Assembly (NCBI RefSeq): GCF_018977255.1
Contig: NW_024704743.1
Span: 12,960,001 to 13,024,000, forward strand
Length of the DNA stretch: 64,000 bases
Direction of reading: 5' to 3'
DNA from: Callorhinchus milii
Lineage: Eukaryota
Below the pieces are notes generated by a model, which made no database searches, was not told where the DNA came from, and worked only from the letters and a program-made list of their open reading frames with translations. Positions 22,869-33,995 of this stretch are shown piece by piece (the first letter of the stretch is position 1; every line of letters starts with the position of its first letter). The position numbers were made by a program, and so were the translations under genes.

Positions 22869-25863
22869 GCATATCAAGGCAAAGTGTTAACCTGGGGTGT
22901 AGCTGTGTCCTGTGCAGACATTGCTGTGGCTCAGGGTGACAGCTCGGGTTCTGCTGATTGAGATCCTCCATCGAGTTTGAAGAGTGCAACAATCAGCTGA
23001 TCAGAATAGCTACAACTCAGTAGGTTTAAAAAGCCCCCTAACATTCCCTGCGAAATCAATTTATATAGATCTTATAAGTGTTGAGGCAACTGTTACCTTT
23101 ACCTGATCACATCAGCTTGATGCTGAACCCCGCTGCTCACAGCTCCAGTCAACATTCCTGTGTTTCGGGATCATTAAACAAGGTTCGCATTAGCTTCTGA
23201 GAGGTAAAAACACTTTATGAAAAGGGACACTGAAAAAAAGAGGTAGCTGTGCCACAGACCCATGGGCTGAATAGCCTGCTTTCTGAGGAGAAAATGTTCC
23301 ATGTTTCTATCAGGCTGCTGTGAAACACTGAAATCACTGATACTGCCTGCAAAAAAATAAACATTTTATCATTCATTTAATGTCTCGGAATTTCTTGAAG
23401 CAAATCGTTAAGGTGTGAGCTGTTCAGGTGTTAAGACATTCCACAGGGGGTTGTAGGTGGGAGGAAAGCATTTGAAAAATGGATAGTATATAAATAAAGC
23501 TTTTCAAGGTCAAACCTCTAAAGCCTCATTCTTCACTATGCTGACCTGATGTCTGACTTCAAACTGTATATTGCTCCATTATAAACCATTGCTCGACCAG
23601 CACACCACACAGTGGTGGGGGTAGAGAGTCAATAAGTGAGTTTAACAATATTTAACTATCCAATATGATTGATCCATGCCTGATCTGAGTTGAGTAGCAA
23701 CAGTACCAGTCTTTTTGAGTTGACACAATGTGATGAATGGCAGTAGCAGTTACAAGCATTCATTCTTTGCCCTAGGGTCTATAATGGAGATCCAGAATGA
23801 CAGTCCAGGATGGAGAACCTCATCCACATGCACATGCATATGGGAATCAATGTCTTTCAATCACTAGCATGAATACAATAAGAGATTGTGTAGCCAGGTC
23901 ACCAGTCCCATTTGCTTTTTTAATAGAATCATAGAAATCCAATATGTTCATCTACAAAACATACAGTCAGACACTTAACAGTAAATGCTGATATGTCCTC
24001 CCAACACGAAAAGTACTACATCAGATAATAATAGAATACAACGCAATACAAGTTACATTTATAGTACTTTTCATATAGGACTCAAAGTGCAACTAATATC
24101 TAATAACAATAATTATTATTTATTATCTAATTTCTTTTACAAAAAACTGATTCATTTTAATCTGTTTGAGGATTAAAGGCCCTAGATAGCCAATAAATTA
24201 TTACCGTGTCTTAGAAAGTCAAAATCCTGAGCTCTTGACTGAAAACAAATAGGCAAACTTTCTTTCCTTGAAATCAACATGACAAAGTTTCACTCCAAGA
24301 GAACTATCTTCACAACAATCCATGTCCTAGTGAGCTACTCTCTGGAAGAAAACTTCAAGCTGATTAGAACACTCAGCTTTTACGTTGTTCTTTAACTTTA
24401 ATCTCTTTGTCTCTCATTCCAGCAGAATGCCGACTCAATCAGACATTAGGGTCCCATTATTTCAGACAGGGCCTGACAAGTAATTAGTAGCATTCTGAGC
24501 AACTCATGACAGTAGGATGAAAAAAGATTTGCTCCATAGTTGTGAGACAGCAAGAATGGTTGGTGGGGGTGGGGTGGGTGGGAGAGGCTATACAAACTCC
24601 CCCGAGCTGTTAAATCATTTTGGAACAAGTAAGCCTCATAAAACTGTAATAAAGAGATCTAAATCCATAAAATATTGCACAGAGGGTTTTGAAATGATTG
24701 CAGTTTGTCTGCCCTACAAAGCTTTTTTGAAGGAAATCATAAAATATCAGTTTAAACAATGAGAGCAAAATAGCAATTAAAAACACCATGTCAATATAGA
24801 TAATCTGCAGTTGATTATATCTGAAATAGCTTGCAATCCTTAAATGTGGAATGCTGGGTTGTAGGTTGGGCTAAAGGGGATTTTGATGCTGATGTATTGG
24901 CAGCCAAAACAATTGTCTACACTGTAGACTCTACACAGTTTGACAAGTACAAAATGCACAATAAAACCAAAACAATCATCTGGCCCATTGTTTCACTGGC
25001 AGCCAACTCTAAGGCAAATTGGCAAATGTTTAAACGAATAAGAAACTGGGTTTAAACGAATTTATACTTTGAACGACTTTATAATTGATGAGTCAGTGAA
25101 ACCACAAGCCTCTGTTTGACTAAATATAGTCAGGGTCGCTCGCCAGGCTTCACTGCCTCCCTGTTTCACAGGGAATCAATTTCTCACACTCTCTTACAAA
25201 TCTCTCACACCCTCAACCCTCACCTACAAAATACACGGTCACTGCACTTTACAGTAATTCCTGTGAGAGGCAACCTCCTGACATTAAAGGTGTATATCAA
25301 ATGTAAAGATTATTATTGAGGGCATTTCACTCACAAAATATACAGTCAATTCACTTTACAGTGTATTCTATAATGAGACATCTCGAAGATGTGATAAGCC
25401 ATTGCATCAAATGCAAGGGTTAATATTATATTATTACTATATCTTCCTCTCAGCTGCAGCTTCTACTCAGTCTTTCTAAAGCTCCCTATGTGAAAGGTAC
25501 TATAAACTTCAAATTGTTGTTGAATGTCTCTCAGTAAAGACTGATAGACAGTCTTCATGATATACTGTGTAAGCACAAACCAAGGAGCACATTGATACCC
25601 TTTGATATTTTCAACAGTTCTTTACCTGTCCATTATATGACCACTCAGATCTCAGAGTGAAAGCATAGTGGGAGTTCCTGGAGGGGTTTGATCCAGGTAT
25701 GTCTTTTGTTTATTTGTCATGGGTTTTATTTTGTGAGTTTGTTTTTGTAGTTTCTGCACATAATATCATCAGGCTAAAGTGTAATCCCCAGGGCTTTCCA
25801 GAGAAAGACTAGAGGAACTGCACAGAGTGAAAATGAAATGGAATCCATTTTAAAACCCAGATT

Positions 25864-26620
25864 TAGGGGGAGGGGGGAGAGGAGAGATGGGGAGGGGGGA
25901 GGAGAGAGTAGGGAGAGAAGAAAGAGGGGGAGAGGAGAGAGGGGGATGGGGCGAAGAAAGAGGGGGAGAGGAGATTGGAGGAGGGGGGAGGAGAGAGTAG
26001 GGAGAGAAGAAAGAGGGGAAGAGGAGAGGGGGGGGGGATGAGGCGAAGAAAGAGGGGGAGAGGTGAGAGGGGGATGGGGCGAAGAAAGAGGGGGAGAGGA
26101 GATTGGAGGAGGGGGGAGGAGAGAGTAGGGAGAGAAGAAAGAGGGGGAGAGGAGAGGGGGGGGATGAGGCGAAGAAAGAGGGGGAGAGGAGAGATGGGGA
26201 GGGGGGAGGAGAGAGGGAAAGGGGGTGGGGAAGCAGTGGGAGGTTATAGGGGGAGAGAAAGGAGGGAGAGAGAGGGGAGAGAGGAAAGAGAAAGAGGAGA
26301 GGGAGTATATGTGAGAGAGGTAAGAAAGAGAGAGAGACTGTGTTTGAGAGAGGGAGAAAGCAGACAGATTGAGAAAGTGGGAGAGACGGGAGAGTGTGAG
26401 TGGGGGATGAGTGGGAGAGGGGGAGAGAGAATGGGAAAGAAATTGTGTGAGGGGGGAGGAAGTGAATGTGAGGGAGAGGGGGAGAGAAAGAAACCCAAGA
26501 GAGAGAGGGAGATTGAGAGAGAGTTTGAGAGGGGATAGAGAGAGAGGGAGAAAGTGTGTGAGAGAGAGAGAGATAGGAGGATGGGGGAGGTGGAGTGTGA
26601 GAGGGAAGAGAGGGTGAGAG
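25864..26620. repeat. About 750-bp polypurine (G/A) low-complexity tract with internal repeats
   Basis: Almost only G and A on +; recurring units gggggaggagagagtagggagagaagaaagagggg and gatg(g/a)ggcgaagaaagagggggagagg. Confidence 0.9.
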
Positions 26621-26996
26621 GGTACGAGAAGTGGAATGACAAAGTAATTTATGCGCTCTGAGATGCTGCCCTGCGTGGAGGCGCTATATAAGTGGAAGTT
26701 GTTGTTGTAATTGAGAGAGAGAGCGAGTGTGTGTGAGTGAGAGAGAGTGTGTGTGAGAGAGAGAGAGAGAGAGTGTGTGAAAGAAAGGGTAGAAAGAGAG
26801 TGGGGGGGAGAGAAGGAGAGAGTGACCCCCTCCCCCTCTCTCTCCCTCTTTTTCACCATCCCCACTCTTCTCCCCCCCCCCCCCCCCCCCCCACTCTCTC
26901 ACTCTCACTCTCTCTCTCACTTCCACTCCCACCCTCTCTCACACCTTCTCTCCCTCAATTCTCAGGCAGCAGAGATTGGAATGTTGGAAATGGTCT

Positions 26997-27061
26997 TGGG
27001 CTGAATAAAAATCAGCGGCTGGGCCGGATGCGGCCCATGGGCCACCTGTTGGACTATGCTG
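26997..27061 (-). mobile_element. hAT/Charlie-like DNA transposon terminus
   Basis: Reverse complement CAGCATAGTCCAACAGGTGGCCCATGGGCCGCATCCGGCCC resembles hAT MITE ends and abuts ctctaaag (hAT-type target); other end not found. Confidence 0.55.
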
Positions 27062-28519
27062 CTCTAAAGCACGGTGATGAGTTTCCACATGTCAGACACC
27101 CAGCTGACCCCTCAAAAAGTATATATATTTTTCAGCTGTTTATCTAATTCCCTTTTAAAAACTATTATGGATTCTTCTTCAACCACAGTTTGTGGCAGGG
27201 TGTTTGCCTAAATAAAAGGGCACTTTGCTGTAAAAACAAACTGTTCCAAAGCATGCATATATACTCCATATAGTACATCAAAGGAAGCACACCTTCTGTA
27301 TAAATGGTCAAATGTCAAAAAATGTCAAAGCGTGGCAGGTTTACTTAGGTTTCCAGCACAAGTTCTCTATGTTGAAGGCCTCTTATTTGCATTTATAATA
27401 ATAATAATCCTTGCATTTGATATAGCACTTTATCATGTCTTCAAGAAGTCTCAAAGCACTTCAAAGACTATACTGTAAAGTATAGGGCCTGTACATTTTG
27501 TGGGTGAAATGCGGCAGCTAACTGGGCACAGCAGTGTCCCACAAACAGTTGTGACCAATTTTTTTTAATTGTATCTCAAGAAATACCTGTGAACAATACC
27601 TTAGCAGAATATATCCAATGATTTTCTGCCACACACACCTGACCGAAATGAAGCTGATAACTTCTCACTACCAATGGGATGAATATAAAGTGGTCTTCAC
27701 ATCCTTATTAAAAACAGAAAGACATTTACAAGCCAAGTGAGATATCAAAAGGACAACTTTAGCCATGAGAAGCTCCTTCCTTCCAAACCTTAGTTCAAAC
27801 TGAACTGACAATTCAGTCTAATGGCTTTTTGCCTTAATCTACTTGAAAAACCTACAGGCATGACCTGAGAATCCCTCCTCATAGTGTGAGGCTGTTCCCC
27901 TTACACAAGCATTTCTACATTTCTACAGTAGGATTCAAAGCATTATTTCAAGATGTCCTATGTATCCAATGTTTAATGTGAATTATGCAAAACTGCAATG
28001 AACTTTTCCAATTGCTAGAGGTGTCATGGGTGACAATGTTAATGAATGAAACAGTTTGCATATAATAGGCTATAATTGACTTCCCAATACAAATAAACAG
28101 TCATTACATTTGGAGTAAATCATGTGAAGAGCTCTGAGATGCTTGATGATGTGATATGGCGCTAAATCAAATGCAAGGATGATTATTATTTCATACTTGT
28201 GTCAGGACTGTTATCATTCACCGAATTGTCGGAGGGAACTGCACATTTGCAGTGTGGGGCTCTTCTGGATGTTCTTGAGTTTTTTCTGGGAGCAAACATC
28301 AAGGACCAGAATACTGTGGAGAGTGGCTGACATTTCCCTGCAGCCCTGGCGTACTCATATGAAACATGGGATTTCCTCGGCAATGGTGATCCAAAGTCCC
28401 TTGTAGGCAGTTCTTTTATGGCATTGATAGCCTTCTTTCTCCCTGAAGATACAGTATGACTATATTCAACAACTGTGTGCAGAAATGGGCTGCATTTTTG
28501 GGACCGTGTTTCTCTCTGG

Positions 28520-28785
28520 TTGTCTTTATGTGTTTTTTTGCAATGTTTTTTTCCCCTCTGCTCCACCTGCAGACTTTATTGAACCTCTTTCAGCGATCTT
28601 CCTCTGTCACTCCTGGCCTTGGAGATATCATTGATTTTATGTGGCATTTCCTTTGCACTCTGTGCACTGTACAGGGATGTGCCTGGTTTGATGTCCCAAA
28701 CAATAGTGTTTTGTTGCTCAGGACTTCCTCAATGATTGTATCCACTTAGAAGCTTGGCGTGCTCTTTGCTCGTGCCTTTTTGAAG
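28520..28785 (-). pseudogene. Fossil Myb/SANT-like ORF, probably from a PIF/Harbinger transposon
   Basis: Manual translation across two frameshifts: KSTPSF*VDTIIEEVLSNKTLLFGTSNQAHP / KEMPHKINDISKA / VTEEDR*KRFNKVCRWSR, fitting the NAIF1/MSANTD-type domain pattern. Confidence 0.6.
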
Positions 28786-30130
28786 GTTGTTTACCTCTTT
28801 CTGCTAATTTGGAATTCGACCAGCAGCTCCGGATGTGTCATTGTGTCATTGAGCTCATATATCATCAGTATATCATTAACAGTCATTCTGAGAGATTTGT
28901 ATTGCCATCACGATTTTGTCTCCAACTGTCACTGGTACAGATATCAGTGAACCAGCAAGAGGTTTGAGCCTTTGTGTAATGGTGTGTGTTGATTAAAGAT
29001 TAATGCTGGAAATAGCAATAGCTGTGGCTAATATGACAATGGCGGCCCACTGTTTATACATAATTTATCAAATGTACTTTGTTTCTTTTTGTGCCATGCT
29101 TCAAATACGAGCACGAAAGCCTTATTGTTTATATACCTAAAAATACTAGAGCTCAATTGACAGACTTGTTTATGAGCTTTAAATAGGTCTTTCATAAAAA
29201 GGCTATAGTTTTTCAAAGCAAATCAAGTGCCCACTCATATCAAATGCATATTTGAATAAGAGGCGTACATGGAAAGTTGTCATGTATCTATGCTATAAGG
29301 AGGCAACATAAGCCAGTGCAATATATTGAATTACAAATTGTGTAAGAAAATACTTGTCAGAAGTATTTAATAATATTTTGTTCTCCTTGAAATTCAGTCA
29401 AAGAGACATTGGAATATCAGAAACTGTTTCTAACTATTAGATTCTCTTCTTTACCTTCTCTATTCCAGTGATAACAAGCCCAATATGAACCTATCGTCAT
29501 AATAGCTAAACCTTCTTCCCCACCATATCCTTGCGTGTGGGAATATTATAATTTGCAGAAACAGCAAGGGACAAATACATCTGGTGTCCTGCACCTTACT
29601 AAATCGCTCATGTTTCCTATTATATATATTTATATATATGTTTATATATATTGTTTCTATATTTTATATGTATTGCTTATATACCTAAAAATACCAGAGC
29701 TCAATTGACAGACTTGTTCATGAGCTTTAAATAGGTCTTTCATAAAAAGCAGGCTATAGTTTTTCAAAACATATCAAGTGCCCACTCATTATATAATGGA
29801 AAATAAGGTGCAGGACACCAGATATATGTGTCCCTTACTGTTTCTGCAAATTGTAATGTTTCCATTTTATATAAAAATATATATAAGCAATATAATCTGC
29901 AGAGGTTGATTAGTATTTTTTTATTTTAAGAGCACACAATTAAACTCTATCTGACATAGTTTTATCCGTTCACTTCATCTGTCACCAACTTTGATTCAGG
30001 AATGACAAATAAAACATCCCTGCATTGGCAAATAGATTCACAGACATGATATTGTGCTGCTTCTCTGCAGCAGAACCTTCTTCAAGCGACAGTTGAAATT
30101 TGTCCTGGCATTATAGTGCTTTGGCAATAT

Positions 30131-30360
30131 GGGGAAAGAAATTATATCTGGTTCTAGATTTACTCAATGCAGCATTGCAGAATGTCCAGCATTTGGCAAC
30201 TTGTTGATATTAGTCTTAACTTTGTAGTTGGTTTTCCATAGATCTTAAAACAAACTTAGAGAAAGCCAGCTTCAAAATGAAGGCTGTATTTGCCAAATTC
30301 TTGATCATCTGAAATGCTTTATAAATAGAGTAAATCTAGACCCAGGTAGATTTTCTACCC
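30131..30360. mobile_element. Palindromic MITE with Harbinger-like ends
   Basis: ctggttctagatttactc (30148-30165) and gagtaaatctagacccag (30328-30345) are inverted repeats with 1 mismatch, extending imperfectly to GGG...CCC ends; right flank TTA. Confidence 0.55.
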
Positions 30361-30519
30361 TTACATATTCAGAGAAGAACTTGATCATTGTCTGAAGAAG
30401 CAGATCTTCCCCTAATCTCGCTTTAGAATTTGATCAATAAGAAGAATATTAGATCTAGAATATACATACATTTCCAACAACATTTACGTATCCTTCAAGG
30501 TAATCCTCTGAATCTCAGG

Positions 30520-30831
30520 GAAGTGCCTGTTGCCTCCGTTCCTCCAAGTCTGGCCTCCTCCTCATCCCCCAAGTCCTCCGCTCCACCCTCGGCGGCCGTG
30601 CCTTCAGCTACTATGCCCCGAGGCTCTGGAACTGCCTTCCTCACTCCCTTCGTCTCTCTTCCTCCCTTTCCATTTTCAATTCTGGCTGAAGACCTTTCTT
30701 TTCGACCGCGCCTTTGGTCACCTTCCTCCCCCTCCCCCTGGCTCAGCCCCGGGATCCGTTGCTGTAAGCGCTCTGGGATGTCGTCCGGTGTGGAGGGCGC
30801 TATATAAATCCAAGTTGTTGTTGTTGTTGTT
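30520..30831 (+). mobile_element. L2 3' fragment, same subfamily as 56854-59515
   Basis: GRAFSYYAPRLWNCLP-type ORF2 end; tail ggagggcgctatataaatccaag(ttg)n. Confidence 0.85.
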
Positions 30832-31659
30832 GGAAGTGCTGTCATTTGATTTCACAGAGACATACTAAACACCGCAAATTACTCTCCTATAACTGCTTTG
30901 CTGTTAAGTACAGTCATCAAAATGAATCAATTAGGAACCATCTCAGTGCTGCACAATAACAAACAAACCCCTCCACAAAGACTGCATTCTCACATGCTGA
31001 ATCCATGTGCTGGACTGCAATGATTCAAATGCCCACGGAGTGGCCACGTACTGCTTTCTGTATAGAACCACTCTCGGAGCAGATTAGCACACATATCAAT
31101 TTAAAATATAGAACGTATAGAATAAGTGGAATAAAACTGCTAACGGTCCTGGACCTTCATAGAACAATATAGCACCTGCCATCTTCTTTCGATGGTGTGC
31201 AGGTCCCAATCTGCTGTGAAAAGTATCCATCTACTTAACAAAAGGAAATCCTGGGATTAGCCTGTTTGAGGTACTCAGGATTCTGCCTGGATTTCAGACC
31301 GAAAATGACCACAACCTCACTGGCTCTGAGACTTTGGTGTGAGAGTTATTATTATTTTGGAAAGGCTTTTGGTTTCAGGACATAAATTTAATCCTGGTTG
31401 CAGTGGGAAAATAGAAGTGGTGATGGAGAGGAGACAAGTTTTTCCCTGGCCTGAATTTGCAGGCATTTAGACAGCTACTTGACAAAGAAATCAATTGAAG
31501 GAAGTGAGGTATAGAGTAGTGGAGACTTACTTATTTTAATTTGGGACCAGACAAATAGATTGCAATGTCTTTCCCATTCTTGTTACATTCTTATATTCTA
31601 TAAAAATGTACAGATATTTCAGGACAAATAACAGCTACAGAGGTACTTTAGCGTCTTGG

Positions 31660-31970
31660 CTCATAATCTACTCTGACACTCCCAATGCAGTCCTGGGGAA
31701 GCGCTGCATTGTTGGAAGTGTTGGCCTTTGAATGAGATGTTAAGCCAAGGTATGATCTGCTGCTCAGGTGGACCTTAAAGATCCTATGACACTGTTTGAA
31801 AAGAGAAGGGAGTTTCTCAGGAAGTACTGGCCAACAAGTCCCCAGGTAAAATTGGTCAATTATTTTATGCCATTGCTGTGCACAAACTGGCTGCCCAAAT
31901 TACCTACAAAATACACAATCACTGCACTTTACAGTAAATTCTGCACAATATCAATTGCAAGGATTATTTT
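31660..31970 (+). mobile_element. Deu-domain SINE
   Basis: gctgcattgttggaagtg...gaatgagatgttaagccaagg...caggtggaccttaaagatcc matches the 49095 copy. Confidence 0.75.
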
Positions 31971-32591
31971 CGTATTTATTACCTTCTTTTTCCAAACAAG
32001 CTGTGCTTCTGGAAACAGATCAAATGAGAAATTACCCATCGATTGCAGAAAGGCTTGCAGTTGGAAGAATTTTTATGTGTGCTAAGGATCCAAACTGTAA
32101 AAAGATTATTTGTGGATTGAAGCTATCTTCATCTTTAATAAAAATCCTTACAAAGCCCTAGTAATGTAGAAGTCAGTCTATAGAGCTTTTCATGTAATGT
32201 ACTGATGCCTTAGAATTTTAGAATCATAGAAATGTACAGCAATTCATACAGAAGGATGTGCAGAAGGATGCCATTCAGCCCATAGTGTTTGCACTGGCTC
32301 AGAAAGCATGATGTTTGTTCAATCCCACTGTCAGCCTTATCCACATACCCATTTAATCCTTTAACTGTCATATGTCTGTTTATTTCCTTCATGAAACCCA
32401 CAAGAGACTATGCCTCTACCCCCTTACTTGATGGGAGATTCCATATCCCGACAACTCTCTGAGTGAAAAGATAATCTCTGAAGAAATATTCTCCTCCTTC
32501 CATAGAATTTGTTGGATTTTTGTTAGCAAAACCACAGAATTTTCAATACAGAAAGAGGCTATTTAAACCACCGTGTGTTTTTCATACAATG

Positions 32592-32910
32592 TAATAATAA
32601 TAATAATAATCCTTGCATTTGATATAGCGCTTTTCACGTCTTCTGGACGTCCCAAAGCGCTTCACAGAATATGCTGTAAAGTGAATTGACCATATATTTT
32701 TGGGCAAAACGCGGCAGCCAATTGCACACAGCAGTGTCCAACAAACAGTTGTGGATTGAAAATAACTAATTTATTATTGTTTTGTTCTGGAGGGATTATT
32801 ATTAGTAGTAAGGAGTAAGGAAACTTACCCAAATTTTTGCCCTGCTTGGAATTGAATCCAGGTGTCTCGCTTGCAAGGCGATTGCTCTAACTATTGAGCT
32901 ACAGGCCTCC
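32592..32910 (-). mobile_element. Full-length tRNA(Ala)-headed SINE
   Basis: Aligns end to end with the 41611-41949 copy; (TAA)n tail at the left. Confidence 0.9.
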
Positions 32911-33055
32911 TCGGATTGCAACTGGTTCAGATATTTCATTATTGGCTGAGTTAACTTATATTTGGCCCTTAATTTTAGTTTTAATGACCCACTGTTAGTA
33001 AACAGTGCTATTTTTGGTAGTTCTTAGATTCTAGAATTCTGTGTAGGAATTCAGG

Positions 33056-33388
33056 AATAATAATAATAATAATAATAATCCTTGCATTTGATATAGCGCT
33101 TTTCACGTCGGGAGGACGTCCCAAAGCGCTTCACAGAACATACTGCAAAGTGAATTGACTGTATATTTGTGGGCGAACGCGGCAGCCAATTGCGCACAGC
33201 AATGTCCCACAAACAGTCGGAGATTGAAAATGACCGATTTATTATTGTTTTGGGGTTTTTTTTTGGAGGGATTATTATTAGGCGTGTGGAGTAAGGAAAC
33301 TTGCCCAAGGTTTCGCCCTGCCTGAAATTGAACTCAGGTCTCTCACTTGCAAAGCGAGTGCTCTAACCACTGAGCTACAGGACTCCAC
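33056..33388 (-). mobile_element. Full-length young tRNA(Ala)-headed SINE
   Basis: Near-identical to copies at 41611, 57081 and 60164; A/B boxes, retained CpGs, (ATT)n tail. Confidence 0.95.
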
Positions 33389-33719
33389 AAATAATCTACT
33401 GTATTGTGGTTTTTGAAGCCCAATATCTTTATAATGCAAAAAATGCTATATTCATGCATGAGAGAGAAGGGAAAATGGATGTTACGTTCTCAACAATCAA
33501 TTTGTAGAAAACTCCTTTAATCTCAGAGCACAAGTTACAAATCAAACAATCCAACCAAAAACCCTCTAGTCAGTTCTCCCTGATTTCTGCTTTTCTATCT
33601 CCTGTTCCCCTTTCATTGGGTCTAGTTAATTGGTCCCTATTTTCTCAAAGGGTATCCAACAATGGGAGAGGGTATTCGGACACTCAAAGTAGAGTACGTA
33701 ACCCCACAAGCCACAAGTA

Positions 33720-33995
33720 AGAACTTGGATTACATGTAGTCTATCCTGCCACTCCAATGCACTGCTGCATTGTAGAAGTGCCATCCTTCGAATGAGATAT
33801 TAAACTGAGGTCCCATTTGTTTGTTCAGGTGGATGTTAAAGATCCCACAGCACTATTCAAAAAAAGTTTCTCCCTGGCCAACAATACCCCAAATAGAATT
33901 GGTCATTCATTTTATGGCTGTTTGCGGGACATTGCTGTGCATAAATTGATTGTTGTATTCGTCCACAAAATACAGTCACTCCACTTTATAACAAT
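33720..33995 (+). mobile_element. Deu-domain SINE
   Basis: gctgcattgtagaagtgccatccttcgaatgagatattaaactgagg...caggtggatgttaaagatccc. Confidence 0.75.

Noticed and set aside
25774..26865. 363-aa Ser/Pro/Leu-rich ORF and overlapping Arg/Gly/Glu-rich ORFs
   Set aside because: Artefact of the polypurine tract, which lacks stop codons; no domain or splice evidence.
27071..27110. Dispersed ~40-nt motif ggtgatg(a/g)gtttccac.tgtcaga...cagctgacc (also near 39006 and 59895)
   Set aside because: At 27071 it directly follows a minus-strand CR1 ORF2 end (LPQTVVEEESIIVFKRELDK), so it is most likely CR1 3' UTR.
32592..33388. Recurring similar short ORFs and repeats suggesting a gene family or CRISPR-like array
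   Set aside because: They are dispersed SINE copies with no regular repeat-spacer period or cas genes, and the DNA is vertebrate.
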